Source: Candidatus Saccharimonadota bacterium (GTDB lineage Bacteria > Pseudomonadota > Gammaproteobacteria > Enterobacterales > Enterobacteriaceae). Taken from it: a DNA stretch of 32,000 nt. The stretch's first letter is position 1; every line of letters starts with the position of its first letter. The DNA lies in assembly GCF_017656055.1 (NCBI RefSeq), contig NZ_CP069383.1:90001-122000 (forward strand), in the 5' to 3' direction. The notes beneath the pieces were generated by a model, which worked only from the letters and a program-made list of their open reading frames with translations, was not told the origin of the DNA and ran no database searches. The position numbers were made by a program, and so were the translations under genes. Positions 17,729 to 26,634 of this stretch are shown here, piece after piece.

Positions 17729-18266
17729 TTTTATTATTATTGTTTTTTTTAAATTTTTTAATAGATAATATAATTTCTTTTTTTGCATCAGTATTATTAC
17801 CATATTCTAATATATTTATTAAAGATTTATTGTTTATTGTTTTATAATTATTTAAAAAAAAATTTATTTTATATAATTTATCTTTTGATATATCTGAAAT
17901 ATTATTAATATCTTTAAATTCATCACTTATAGAATCATCAGGTAATGCAATTATTTTATTATCTTCTATATTATTATCATACATTTTTATTATACCTATT
18001 GGTTTACACAATATTATTGTTCCTATATTTATTTTGTAATTTATAGGAATTATAACATCTAAATTATCATTATCTGATGATATTGTTTTATTTATATATC
18101 CATAATTAAAAGGATAATAAACTGTATTTTTAATAAATCTATCTACATATAATAAACTATTTTTTTTAGATATTTCATACTTTATATTATTATTTCCATA
18201 AGGAATCTCTATTATAACATATATATTATGTGGTATATTTTTACCTGATTCAATTTTATTAAACAT
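17718..18266 (-). CDS. ppa: Inorganic pyrophosphatase
   Basis: VIIEIPYGNNNIKYEI...YVDRF...YPFNYGYI...DNDNLDVII are family I PPase motifs. 182 aa versus 176 aa. Confidence 0.92.
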   Translation of the reverse strand: MFNKIESGKNIPHNIYVIIEIPYGNNNIKYEISKKNSLLYVDRFIKNTVYYPFNYGYINKTISSDNDNLDVIIPINYKINIGTIILCKPIGIIKMYDNNIEDNKIIALPDDSISDEFKDINNISDISKDKLYKINFFLNNYKTINNKSLINILEYGNNTDAKKEIILSIKKFKKNNNNKNEK

Positions 18267-18330
18267 AATTTTATTTTAAAATTTTATAATTTTTAGTATA
18301 ATTATTATATAAAAAAATATAAATTTAAAT

Positions 18331-19326
18331 ATGAATAAAAATTTATTTAGTGGTATACAACCAAGTGGTATTATTACTATAGGTAATTTTATAGGTGTTT
18401 TAAGTAAATGGATAAATTATCAATATGATTATAATTGTTATTTTTGTATAAATGATTTACATTCAATTACTAATAAAAATATTTTATTTAGTAATAAAGA
18501 ATATAAAAAAAAAATAATATTTGATACATTATCATTAATAATATCTTCTGGAATTAATCCAAATATATCTAATATATTTTTACAATCTAAAATATTAGAA
18601 CATACATATTTATTTTGGATATTATTATCAAACATAAAATTAAATAAAATTATTAAAAATATAAATATAAATGATAGAAAAAATATAAAAAATATTGAAA
18701 TAGGTAAATTAAGTTATTCTATATTAATGACATCTGATATTTTATTATATCAAATAGATACAGTATTTGTAGGATATGATCAAATTAAAAATATAGAATT
18801 ATGTAAATATATTATAAATATATTTAATAGAAGATTTGATAATTTATTTAAAGAACCAAATTTTATAATTAATAAAAATATAATAAAATCTTTAAATAAT
18901 CCTAATAAAAAAATGTCTAAATCAGATACTAATAGTAATAGTTATATATCTTTATTAGATAATTATGATTTAATAAAAAAAAAAATTAAATTATCTATAA
19001 CAGATTCTGATGTGGAATCAAAAATAATATATAATGAAAATGATAAAAAAGGAATATCTAATCTTATTAAAATAATGTCAGAAATTAATAATATTTCTAT
19101 AAATAAAATAGAAAAAAGTATGATTAATAAAAATTATAATTTTTTTAAAAATTTATTATCTAAAAATATATATTATAAAATAGAAGAAATACAATATAAT
19201 TATAATATTATAAGAAAAAATGAGAATTATCTTAAATATATAATAGAAAAAAGTACTAATAAAATTAGAAAAATAGCTGAAAAAAGTATAAATGAAATAA
19301 AAAATAAAATAGGAATATATGAATAA
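18331..19326 (+). CDS. trpS: Tryptophanyl-tRNA synthetase
   Basis: LFSGIQPSGIITIGNFIG (HIGH-region equivalent), KMSKSD. 331 aa versus 334 aa. Confidence 0.95.
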   Translation: MNKNLFSGIQPSGIITIGNFIGVLSKWINYQYDYNCYFCINDLHSITNKNILFSNKEYKKKIIFDTLSLIISSGINPNISNIFLQSKILEHTYLFWILLSNIKLNKIIKNININDRKNIKNIEIGKLSYSILMTSDILLYQIDTVFVGYDQIKNIELCKYIINIFNRRFDNLFKEPNFIINKNIIKSLNNPNKKMSKSDTNSNSYISLLDNYDLIKKKIKLSITDSDVESKIIYNENDKKGISNLIKIMSEINNISINKIEKSMINKNYNFFKNLLSKNIYYKIEEIQYNYNIIRKNENYLKYIIEKSTNKIRKIAEKSINEIKNKIGIYE

Positions 19327-19519
19327 AAAATTATGTAAAATTACCAATAGAAAAAATATTATAGGTTTTAAAAGATCTCACGCTATGAATAAAAGTAAAA
19401 GAAAATTTAAAATAAATATAAAAAAAAAAAAAAAAATTTGGTTATATGATGAAAAAAAATTTATAAAAATAAATATTTCTACTAAAGGTATAAAAATAAT
19501 AAATAAAAATAATAAATAA
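19319..19519 (+). CDS. rpmB: 50S ribosomal protein L28
   Basis: [26 protein letters not shown]...ISTKGIKII versus E. coli [26 protein letters not shown]...VSAKGMRVI. Overlaps trpS by 8 nt. Contains an A17 tract. Confidence 0.85.
   Translation: MNKKLCKITNRKNIIGFKRSHAMNKSKRKFKINIKKKKKIWLYDEKKFIKINISTKGIKIINKNNK
19420..19436 (+). repeat. A17 homopolymer inside rpmB (encodes KKKKK)
   Basis: ata aaa aaa aaa aaa aaa att. The length is consistent with the track protein [10 protein letters not shown]. Confidence 0.8.
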
Positions 19520-19524
19520 AATAT

Positions 19525-19698
19525 ATGTCTAAAAATAAAAAAAAAAAGAATTCAGAAAAAATAAAATTAATATCAACTTTAAGTAAACATTATTATACAA
19601 CATTTAAAAATAGAAAAAATAAAAAAAAAATAGAAATAAAAAAATTTGATCCTATAATAAGAAAACATATTCTCTATAAAGAAAATAAAATAAAATAA
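19525..19698 (+). CDS. rpmG: 50S ribosomal protein L33
   Basis: Not in the ORF track (57 aa). The hand translation ...[47 protein letters not shown] matches E. coli [49 protein letters not shown]. Follows rpmB as in E. coli. Confidence 0.85.
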   Translation: MSKNKKKKNSEKIKLISTLSKHYYTTFKNRKNKKKIEIKKFDPIIRKHILYKENKIK

Positions 19699-19712
19699 AA
19701 TAATAAAAAATA

Positions 19713-20462
19713 TTATATTAAAATAATATTTTTTATTATTTTTATAATATCAAAAATTTTTGTTGAAGATTTACCTATTAATAAACCATTTATATTTGTT
19801 TTAAATATTAAATTATAAACATTTTTATAGGATACAGATCCACCATATAATATATTTATATTGTTTTTTATATTTTTATCAAATTTATATAAAAAATTTA
19901 ATATCATATTATTTATATTATTTATATGATCAATACTAGGTATAATACCAGTTCCTATAGAAGATATAGGTTCATAAGCAATATTAGTATTATATAATAT
20001 ATTTATTCCATATTTATTTATTATATCTTCTATTTGATTTAATATATTTTTTTCATATCCTATACATAAAATAGGTTCTATATTACTAATTTTAGAAATA
20101 TAAAACTTTTTGCTTATTATATCTTTATTTTCATTATGAAATTTTTTTCTTTCTGAATGTCCTATAATTACATATTTTACATTTATATCTTTTAACATTT
20201 TTAAAGATATTTCTCCAGTAAATGGTCCTAAGTAATTAATATCTGTATTTTGAGAACATAATTTTATATTTATATTATTATTTAATAAATTATTAACATA
20301 ATCTAAATATATAATTGGGGGAGATATTAATATTTCTATATTATTTTTATTAATTTTTTCCAAATTTTCTTTAATAAAATAAGTAACTTTATTAATAAAG
20401 CATTTAATTGTATATTTATTTCCATTTAACTTCCAATTAAAAATTATTTTTTTTTTTTTCAT
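19713..20462 (-). CDS. tpiA: Triosephosphate isomerase
   Basis: VIIGHSERKKFHNE, IAYEPISSIGTG, YGGSV. 249 aa versus 255 aa. Confidence 0.95.
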   Translation of the reverse strand: MKKKKIIFNWKLNGNKYTIKCFINKVTYFIKENLEKINKNNIEILISPPIIYLDYVNNLLNNNINIKLCSQNTDINYLGPFTGEISLKMLKDINVKYVIIGHSERKKFHNENKDIISKKFYISKISNIEPILCIGYEKNILNQIEDIINKYGINILYNTNIAYEPISSIGTGIIPSIDHINNINNMILNFLYKFDKNIKNNINILYGGSVSYKNVYNLIFKTNINGLLIGKSSTKIFDIIKIIKNIILI

Positions 20463-20477
20463 ATTTTATTTATTATA

Positions 20478-21209
20478 TTAATAGTATTTTTCAAATGTAA
20501 AAATATTTTTATAATTTTTATTTATGTAATCTATATTTTTATTCTTTATTATATTTATAACATCGTTTATTATATTTATATTACCACATATCATAATATG
20601 ATCATTATAAATATTTATATTTCTTCCAAAATATTTTATTAAATTATTTTTTTTTAAAAAATAAGTTATTCTTTTATTAAAATGATTTTTTATATTTTCT
20701 TTAGTAACAAAAATAAATAATTCTATATTATTATAATTATTAATAATTTTTTTTATATTATATAAATAAACAAAGTCCTTTATATATCTTATTGAATGTA
20801 ATATTTTAACATATTTAAAATTATTGTTTTTATTAAAATCACTTTTTAACATAGATATATATGGTCCTATACCAGTACCTGATGAAATCATCCATAAAGT
20901 ATTATATTTTTTATTTGGTAATATAAAATTACCATATGATTTTTTTGTAACATAAAAAATTTTATTATTTTTATCTATATTGTATAGTATATTGCTTACA
21001 ATTCCTGATTTATGTATATATAATTCTAATATTTTAGATTTATATGAATTTATATAAGAATAAAATCTATTTATATAATTATTTCTAATTTTTATTCTTA
21101 ATATAGTAAATTGACCTGGTATAAACTTTAATATATCAGCTTTAAATTTTATACTAAATAGATAATTACTCCATTTTATTAATTTTATAAATATACATTT
21201 TTCCCACAT
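20478..21209 (-). CDS. fpr: Ferredoxin/flavodoxin-NADP+ reductase
   Basis: IPGQFTIL, RFYSY (RxYS FAD-binding motif), LWMISSGTGIGPYISML versus E. coli LWMLATGTAIGPYLSIL. 243 aa versus 248 aa. Confidence 0.85.
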   Translation of the reverse strand: MWEKCIFIKLIKWSNYLFSIKFKADILKFIPGQFTILRIKIRNNYINRFYSYINSYKSKILELYIHKSGIVSNILYNIDKNNKIFYVTKKSYGNFILPNKKYNTLWMISSGTGIGPYISMLKSDFNKNNNFKYVKILHSIRYIKDFVYLYNIKKIINNYNNIELFIFVTKENIKNHFNKRITYFLKKNNLIKYFGRNINIYNDHIMICGNINIINDVINIIKNKNIDYINKNYKNIFTFEKYY

Positions 21210-21213
21210 TTTG

Positions 21214-22527
21214 TTATAATATATATTTATTAATAATATTAATATTATCTTTTATATATTTACTTACATAATTTTTATCTATCAAAATATTTTTATTTTT
21301 ATATTCTTCAGAATTAAACATAATGTCTTCTAATATTTTATTTATTATAGAATGTAATCTTCTTGCTCCTAAATTTTCTATTTCTAAATTTTTTTTATAC
21401 GTTATTTCAGAAATATAATCTATTGCTGAATCAGAAAATATTATTTTAATATTATCAGTTGATAATAATAATTCATATTTTTTAATTATAGAATAATATG
21501 GTTTTTTTAATATTTCTTTTAAATTTTCTTTAGTTAAAGAATGTAATTTAACTTTTATAGGAAATCTTCCTTTAAATTCTGATAGTAAGTCATTAGGACT
21601 AGTATCATGAAATGCACCAGATGCTATAAATAATATATAACTTGTATTTATTATTCCATATTTTGTTTTTATATATGATCCTTCTACTAATGATAATAAA
21701 TCTTTTTGAACACCTTCATTTGATATATCACTATTTATAGATTTATTTTTAGATATACATATTTTATCTATTTCATCTATAAAAACTATACCTTTTTCTT
21801 CTGTTAATTTTATAGACTGATTTTTTATATATTCAAAATTTATTATTTTATTCAATTCATCTTCTATTAATAAAGTTCTTGCTTCCTTTACTTTTAATTT
21901 ATATATTTTATTTTTATTGTTTATATTTTTAAATATATTATTTATTTGATTTACTGTATCTTCCAATTCAGAAGATGATATAATTTCTATTCCTATAGGT
22001 CTTTGATTATATAATACTACTTCTATTTCTTTGTTTTCTAATAATTTTTTTTTTAAATTATTCTTAATTTTTGTTCTTATACTTAAATCATCAATTTTTG
22101 ATTTATCAAAATCTGAAATTATTAATAAATCTATTATTTTATTTTCTACTTTTTTTTTTATATTACTAGATTTTTTTTTTATAAATTTATTTTTTATCAT
22201 GTTAAATGATATTTCTGATAAATCTTTTATTATTGATTCAACATCTTTACCAACATATCCTAATTCTGTAAATTTAGTAGCTTCTACTCTAATAAATGGA
22301 AAATCTAGAAATTTTGATATTCTTCTAGCTATTTCTGTTTTTCCTACACCAGTAGGTCCTATTAATAATATATTGTCAGGGAATATTTCTTTTTTTATAT
22401 TTTTTTTTAATTTTGTTCTTCTTAATCTATTTATTATAGCGATAGCAATTTTTTTTTTAGCTTCTTCTTGACCTATAATATAATTATTTAATACTTCAAC
22501 TATTTTTTTAGGATTTATTTTTAACAT
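21214..22527 (-). CDS. hslU: ATP-dependent protease ATPase subunit HslU
   Basis: Walker A LLIGPTGVGKTEIARR, IVFIDEIDKI, GARRLHSI. 437 aa versus 443 aa. Confidence 0.97.
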   Translation of the reverse strand: MLKINPKKIVEVLNNYIIGQEEAKKKIAIAIINRLRRTKLKKNIKKEIFPDNILLIGPTGVGKTEIARRISKFLDFPFIRVEATKFTELGYVGKDVESIIKDLSEISFNMIKNKFIKKKSSNIKKKVENKIIDLLIISDFDKSKIDDLSIRTKIKNNLKKKLLENKEIEVVLYNQRPIGIEIISSSELEDTVNQINNIFKNINNKNKIYKLKVKEARTLLIEDELNKIINFEYIKNQSIKLTEEKGIVFIDEIDKICISKNKSINSDISNEGVQKDLLSLVEGSYIKTKYGIINTSYILFIASGAFHDTSPNDLLSEFKGRFPIKVKLHSLTKENLKEILKKPYYSIIKKYELLLSTDNIKIIFSDSAIDYISEITYKKNLEIENLGARRLHSIINKILEDIMFNSEEYKNKNILIDKNYVSKYIKDNINIINKYIL

Positions 22528-22538
22528 AATATTTAATA

Positions 22539-23063
22539 TTAATATATTAATTCTTCTATAATAAAATTATTATTTGTATATATACATATTTCACTTGCTA
22601 TTTTTAAAGATTTATTAACTATATCTTTAATTGGTAATTTTGTATTTTCTACTAAAGCTTTTGCTGAAGATCTAGCATACATTCCTCCAGATCCTATTGC
22701 TATTATATTATCATCAAATTGCATTACATCACCATTTCCTGTAATCAATAGAGATATATTTTTATTAACAACTATTAACATTGTTTCTAATCTTCTTAAA
22801 AATTTATCTGTTCTCCAATCTTTTGATAATTCTAGAGCTGATTTAAGAAGATTTCCTTGATAAAAATCTATTTTTTTTTCTAATATTTCTAAAAGAGTAA
22901 ATGAATCTGATGTACTTCCTGAAAAACCAGATAATATTTTATTATTATATATTTTTTTTATTTTTATAACATTATCTTTTATAATATTATTTCCTAAAGT
23001 TGCTTGACCATCTCCACCAATAACAACTGATTTATTATCTCTTATACTTAATATAGTAGTCAT
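22539..23063 (-). CDS. hslV: ATP-dependent protease subunit HslV
   Basis: MTTILSIRDNKSVVIGGDGQATLGN with the N-terminal catalytic Thr, plus GSGGMYA. 174 aa versus 176 aa. Confidence 0.97.
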   Translation of the reverse strand: MTTILSIRDNKSVVIGGDGQATLGNNIIKDNVIKIKKIYNNKILSGFSGSTSDSFTLLEILEKKIDFYQGNLLKSALELSKDWRTDKFLRRLETMLIVVNKNISLLITGNGDVMQFDDNIIAIGSGGMYARSSAKALVENTKLPIKDIVNKSLKIASEICIYTNNNFIIEELIY

Positions 23064-23181
23064 ATTTTATTATTTTTTTATATTTTATATATTTATTTTT
23101 TTATATTTAAAATTATTTATTAATATAATATAATAAAAATATTATAAAATATATACAAATTAGTTTAATAAAAAATAAATA

Positions 23182-23370
23182 ATGAAAAAAAATATACATC
23201 CAATTTGTTATAAAATTTTATATAAATGTTCATGTAATAACAAAATATATATATGGACTACTTTAAAAAAAAGATTATTTTTAGATGTATGTAATTTATG
23301 CCATCCTTTTAATACTGGTAAACAAAAATTAACTAAAAATACAAGTAAAATAGATAAATTTAATATATAA
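23182..23370 (+). CDS. rpmE: 50S ribosomal protein L31 (zinc-binding form)
   Basis: MKKNIHP...CSCNN...LDVCNLCHPFNTGKQK versus E. coli MKKDIHP...CSCGN...LDVCSKCHPFFTGKQR. All four Cys are retained. Confidence 0.9.
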   Translation: MKKNIHPICYKILYKCSCNNKIYIWTTLKKRLFLDVCNLCHPFNTGKQKLTKNTSKIDKFNI

Positions 23371-23462
23371 AATAGAATAAATATTTTTTCATATAAAATT
23401 AAATTAAATTTTTATATATTTTATATTTTAATATACTATAAAATTTAAATTTTATTTATTTT

Positions 23463-25127
23463 ATGAAAAAAATATTAATAAATTTATCTTATAATGAAGA
23501 ATTAAGAATAGCTATTATAAATGATAAAAATATATTAGATAATTTATATATTATAAATATAAATTATAAAAATAATAAATCAAATATATATAAAGGTAAA
23601 GTTGTTAAAATAGAACCTAGTTTAAATGCGGCTTTTATAGATTATGGTGAAGGTAAAAATGGATTTTTATCAATAAAAGAAATATCAGATAATTATATAA
23701 AAAATAATAAAAATAGTATAAATAAAATTTTATATAAAAATCAAGAATTAATAGTTCAAGTAATAAAAGAAGAAAAAAAAAATAAATGTGCTTATTTAAG
23801 TACTTTTATATGTTTAGCAGGACAATATGTAGTATTAATGCCTAATAATAATAAAGTTTGTATATCAAGAAGAATAAATAATGAAAATAAAATAAAAATA
23901 AAAAATATATTAAATAGATTATATATACCAGAAAATATAGGATTAATAATAAGAACAAATAGTATAAATAAAAAAATTGAAGATATACAAAATGATATAA
24001 ATTCTAAATTAAAACATTGGAACTTTATTAAAAGTATTTATAATAAAGTTTCTAAACCATGTTTAATATATAATGAAAATAATTTTATATTAAATATATT
24101 TAGAGATTATTTAAACGATAATATAAACGAAATAATAATAGATAATAATGATATATTTGAAATATCTAAAAAATATATATTTATTTTAGGTAAATTAAAT
24201 TTTATAAAAAAAATATTTTTATATAATGAAAATATACCATTATTTATAAAATTTAATATAGAAAATCAAATAGATTTATTATTTAAAAAAAAAATTAATT
24301 TACCTTCAGGAGGTTCTATAATAATAGATTCAACAGAAGCTTTAACAGCAATAGATGTAAATTCTTCAAAATATAAAAAGGGATTAAATATAGAAGATAC
24401 AGCATTTAATACTAATTTAGAAGCTACTCAAGAAATAGCTAAACAATTAAGATTAAGAGATATTAGTGGTTTAATTGTTATAGATTTTATCGATATGAAT
24501 AACATTAATAATAATAAAAAAATAGAAGAAAATTTATATAAATATATATATTATAATGATAAAGCAAAAATTAAAATGGGTAATATATCTAAATTCGGAT
24601 TATTAGAATTAACGAGACAAAGAATAAATAATTCTATAAATGAAATATATTTTTTAACATGTAATAGATGTAAAGGTATAGGATATATAAGAAATATAAA
24701 ATCTCTTTCTATACATATATTGAGATTAATTGAAAATGAAATTATTAATAATAATTTAAAAGAATTACATATTATAACTCCTATTTCAATTGCAACATAT
24801 TTATTAAATGAAAAAAGAATTTTTATAAATAATATTGAAAAAAAAAATAATAAAATAAAATTATTTATTATACCTTTTAATAATATTAAAATTCCAAATT
24901 TTTATATATATAAGATAAAAAATAAAAATAAAAAAAAAGTAATTGATAATTATTCTATAAGTAAAAATAAATTTATAAATAATATAAAAAATAAATTAAT
25001 TAATTATAATAATTATAATAATTTATATTTTAAAGAATATAAAGAAAATAATTTTAATTTGTATATTTTTATAAAAAAATATATAAATAATTTTATTGTA
25101 TTTATAAAAAATATACTCCTTTTTTAA
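23463..25127 (+). CDS. rne: Ribonuclease E, catalytic N-terminal half only
   Basis: MKKILINLSYNEELRIAII, S1 domain NIYKGKVVKIEPSLNAAFIDYGEGKNGFLSIKEI, DVNS, Zn-link CNRCKGIGYIRNIKSLSIHILRLIENE...ATYLLNEKR. All parallel E. coli RNase E rather than RNase G. 554 aa versus 1061 aa. Confidence 0.9.
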   Translation: MKKILINLSYNEELRIAIINDKNILDNLYIININYKNNKSNIYKGKVVKIEPSLNAAFIDYGEGKNGFLSIKEISDNYIKNNKNSINKILYKNQELIVQVIKEEKKNKCAYLSTFICLAGQYVVLMPNNNKVCISRRINNENKIKIKNILNRLYIPENIGLIIRTNSINKKIEDIQNDINSKLKHWNFIKSIYNKVSKPCLIYNENNFILNIFRDYLNDNINEIIIDNNDIFEISKKYIFILGKLNFIKKIFLYNENIPLFIKFNIENQIDLLFKKKINLPSGGSIIIDSTEALTAIDVNSSKYKKGLNIEDTAFNTNLEATQEIAKQLRLRDISGLIVIDFIDMNNINNNKKIEENLYKYIYYNDKAKIKMGNISKFGLLELTRQRINNSINEIYFLTCNRCKGIGYIRNIKSLSIHILRLIENEIINNNLKELHIITPISIATYLLNEKRIFINNIEKKNNKIKLFIIPFNNIKIPNFYIYKIKNKNKKKVIDNYSISKNKFINNIKNKLINYNNYNNLYFKEYKENNFNLYIFIKKYINNFIVFIKNILLF

Positions 25128-25136
25128 GAAGGAGTA
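25101..25136 (-). terminator. Candidate intrinsic terminator or 3'-processing hairpin for tRNA-Ser
   Basis: Minus-sense TACTCCTT (25136-25129, part of the T stem and 3' acceptor strand), loop CTTAAAA, AAGGAGTA (25121-25114), then TATTTTTTAT. The distal arm lies inside the last codons of the convergent rne gene. Confidence 0.35.
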
Positions 25137-25213
25137 GAGATTCGAACTCTAGAATATTGTAAAATATTTCTGGTTTTCAAGACCAGCGCCTTAAACCACT
25201 CGGCCACTCCTTC
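25127..25213 (-). tRNA. serT: tRNA-Ser (anticodon TGA), long variable arm, no encoded CCA
   Basis: Minus strand GAAGGAG-TG-GCCGAGTGGTTTAAGGCG-CTGGT-CTTGAAA-ACCAG-AAATATTTTACAATATTC-TAGAG-TTCGAAT-CTCTA-CTCCTTC. Close to E. coli serT. A conspicuous GC-rich island in AT-rich DNA. Confidence 0.9.
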
Positions 25214-25246
25214 ATAATATAATAAATATATTATAAAATAAAAGTT

Positions 25247-25537
25247 ATGATAGATCAATATATAAAAAATAATAAAAATTTTATTTTTTTAATTAAAGAT
25301 AAAAAAATTAATAATAAAAAGTTAAATTCAAATCAATTATTTATTATAATAAATGCATTAAAATTTTATGATGAATATAAAATTTCTCCAAGTATTAAAA
25401 TGTTAATATTTTATATAAAAAAAAATTTTGGACAAAAATATGGTAATATAAAATATATAAAAAATAATTTTAAAAATTTAAATTTAATATATAAAATTTC
25501 AAATTTGAATAATAATATTAATTGTTTTTTAGATTAA
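25247..25537 (+). CDS. tusE: Sulfur-relay protein TusE (DsrC family)
   Basis: LFIIINALKFYDEYKISPSIKMLIFYIKKNFGQKYGNIKYIKNNF...NC versus E. coli [46 protein letters not shown]...KC. Conserved near-C-terminal Cys. 96 aa versus 109 aa. Confidence 0.65.
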   Translation: MIDQYIKNNKNFIFLIKDKKINNKKLNSNQLFIIINALKFYDEYKISPSIKMLIFYIKKNFGQKYGNIKYIKNNFKNLNLIYKISNLNNNINCFLD

Positions 25538-26634
25538 TATTTAAAAATATTTTTATTATTATTTATATTTATACACATAATTATACCTATACCTAATAAA
25601 TTAGAAATTATAGATGATCCCCCATAACTTAATAATGGTAATGTAGTTCCTACTATAGGTATAATTCCTATAACCATAGATATATTTATAAATATTGACA
25701 TAAATATGTTTAAAGTTATAGATGATGATAATATTTTATTGAAAATATTTTTAGTTTTTTTAGATATATCAAGCAATTCTTTTATTAACATAAAATATAT
25801 AAATATTAATGTTAATATACCTATAAATCCTAATTCCTCTGAAAATACAGAAAATATAAAATCAGTATATCCTTCAGGTATAAAATTTAATTTAGATTGA
25901 GTTCCATTAAATAAACCTTTTCCAAAAATACCACCAGATCCTATAGCAATTTTTGATTGTATTAAATTATAATTTATACCTAATGGATCTTTTATTAATC
26001 CTAATAATGACATTATTCTATTTTTTTGGTATTCTTTAAATAAAGTAAACCAACCTATTATAAAACATATAAAGAAAAATAAAATTATATTTATAATAAA
26101 ATTAATATTTAATCCAGATAAATACATAGTAATTATACTTGATAAGATAATTGTAATAGATGTTCCTAAATCAGGTTGTATTAATGTTAATATAGAAGGT
26201 ATTAATACTAAAAATATTATTAAAAAATATAAAAAAAAATTACTTATTTTATAGTTATTATATAATAATTTTGTTATTAATATTGAAGTTGTAAATTTTG
26301 ATACTTCAGAAGGTTGAAAGTTAAATATTCTTATATTTATCCATCTTTTAACTCCTTTTATTTTTAATCCACTAAATAAAACTAAAATTAATAATATATT
26401 ATTTATTATATATATTAAAAATGAATTTTTATAAAAGAAATCAGAATTTATATTTATAAAAAATATTAAAATTATAAAACTAAATATTATGTTAAATATA
26501 TTTTTAAATAAAATTATTTTTGATCTATTACTTGCACTATAAACTAATATTAAATTTATTAATAATAGAATTATAATATATAAAAAAATATTATAATTTA
26601 AGTATATATTATTTTTTATTTTGTAAAAATTCAT
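25534..26634 (-). CDS. mrdB: Peptidoglycan glycosyltransferase RodA (SEDS family)
   Basis: Multi-pass membrane protein with FQPSEVSKF, LIQPDLGTSI, GSGGIFGKG and PEGYTDFIFSVFSEELGFIG. Follows mrdA as in E. coli. 366 aa versus 370 aa. Confidence 0.92.
   Translation of the reverse strand: MNFYKIKNNIYLNYNIFLYIIILLLINLILVYSASNRSKIILFKNIFNIIFSFIILIFFININSDFFYKNSFLIYIINNILLILVLFSGLKIKGVKRWINIRIFNFQPSEVSKFTTSILITKLLYNNYKISNFFLYFLIIFLVLIPSILTLIQPDLGTSITIILSSIITMYLSGLNINFIINIILFFFICFIIGWFTLFKEYQKNRIMSLLGLIKDPLGINYNLIQSKIAIGSGGIFGKGLFNGTQSKLNFIPEGYTDFIFSVFSEELGFIGILTLIFIYFMLIKELLDISKKTKNIFNKILSSSITLNIFMSIFINISMVIGIIPIVGTTLPLLSYGGSSIISNLLGIGIIMCININNNKNIFKY

Noticed and set aside
17729-17803. Longer start choices: orn from 17803 (206 aa) and dnaG from 8462 (577 aa), as given by the longest-ORF track.
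   Set aside because: The extensions run into the upstream genes (ppa and rpsU) and have no counterpart in the E. coli proteins. The internal ATGs at 17728 and 8522 align with the conserved N-termini.
22031-22471. 146-aa + strand ORF antisense to hslU.
   Set aside because: It lies wholly within the well-supported hslU gene on the opposite strand. Its Phe/Ile/Leu/Asn-rich low-complexity translation is the mirror image of Lys/Asn/Ile-rich coding sequence, and I recognise no motif in it.
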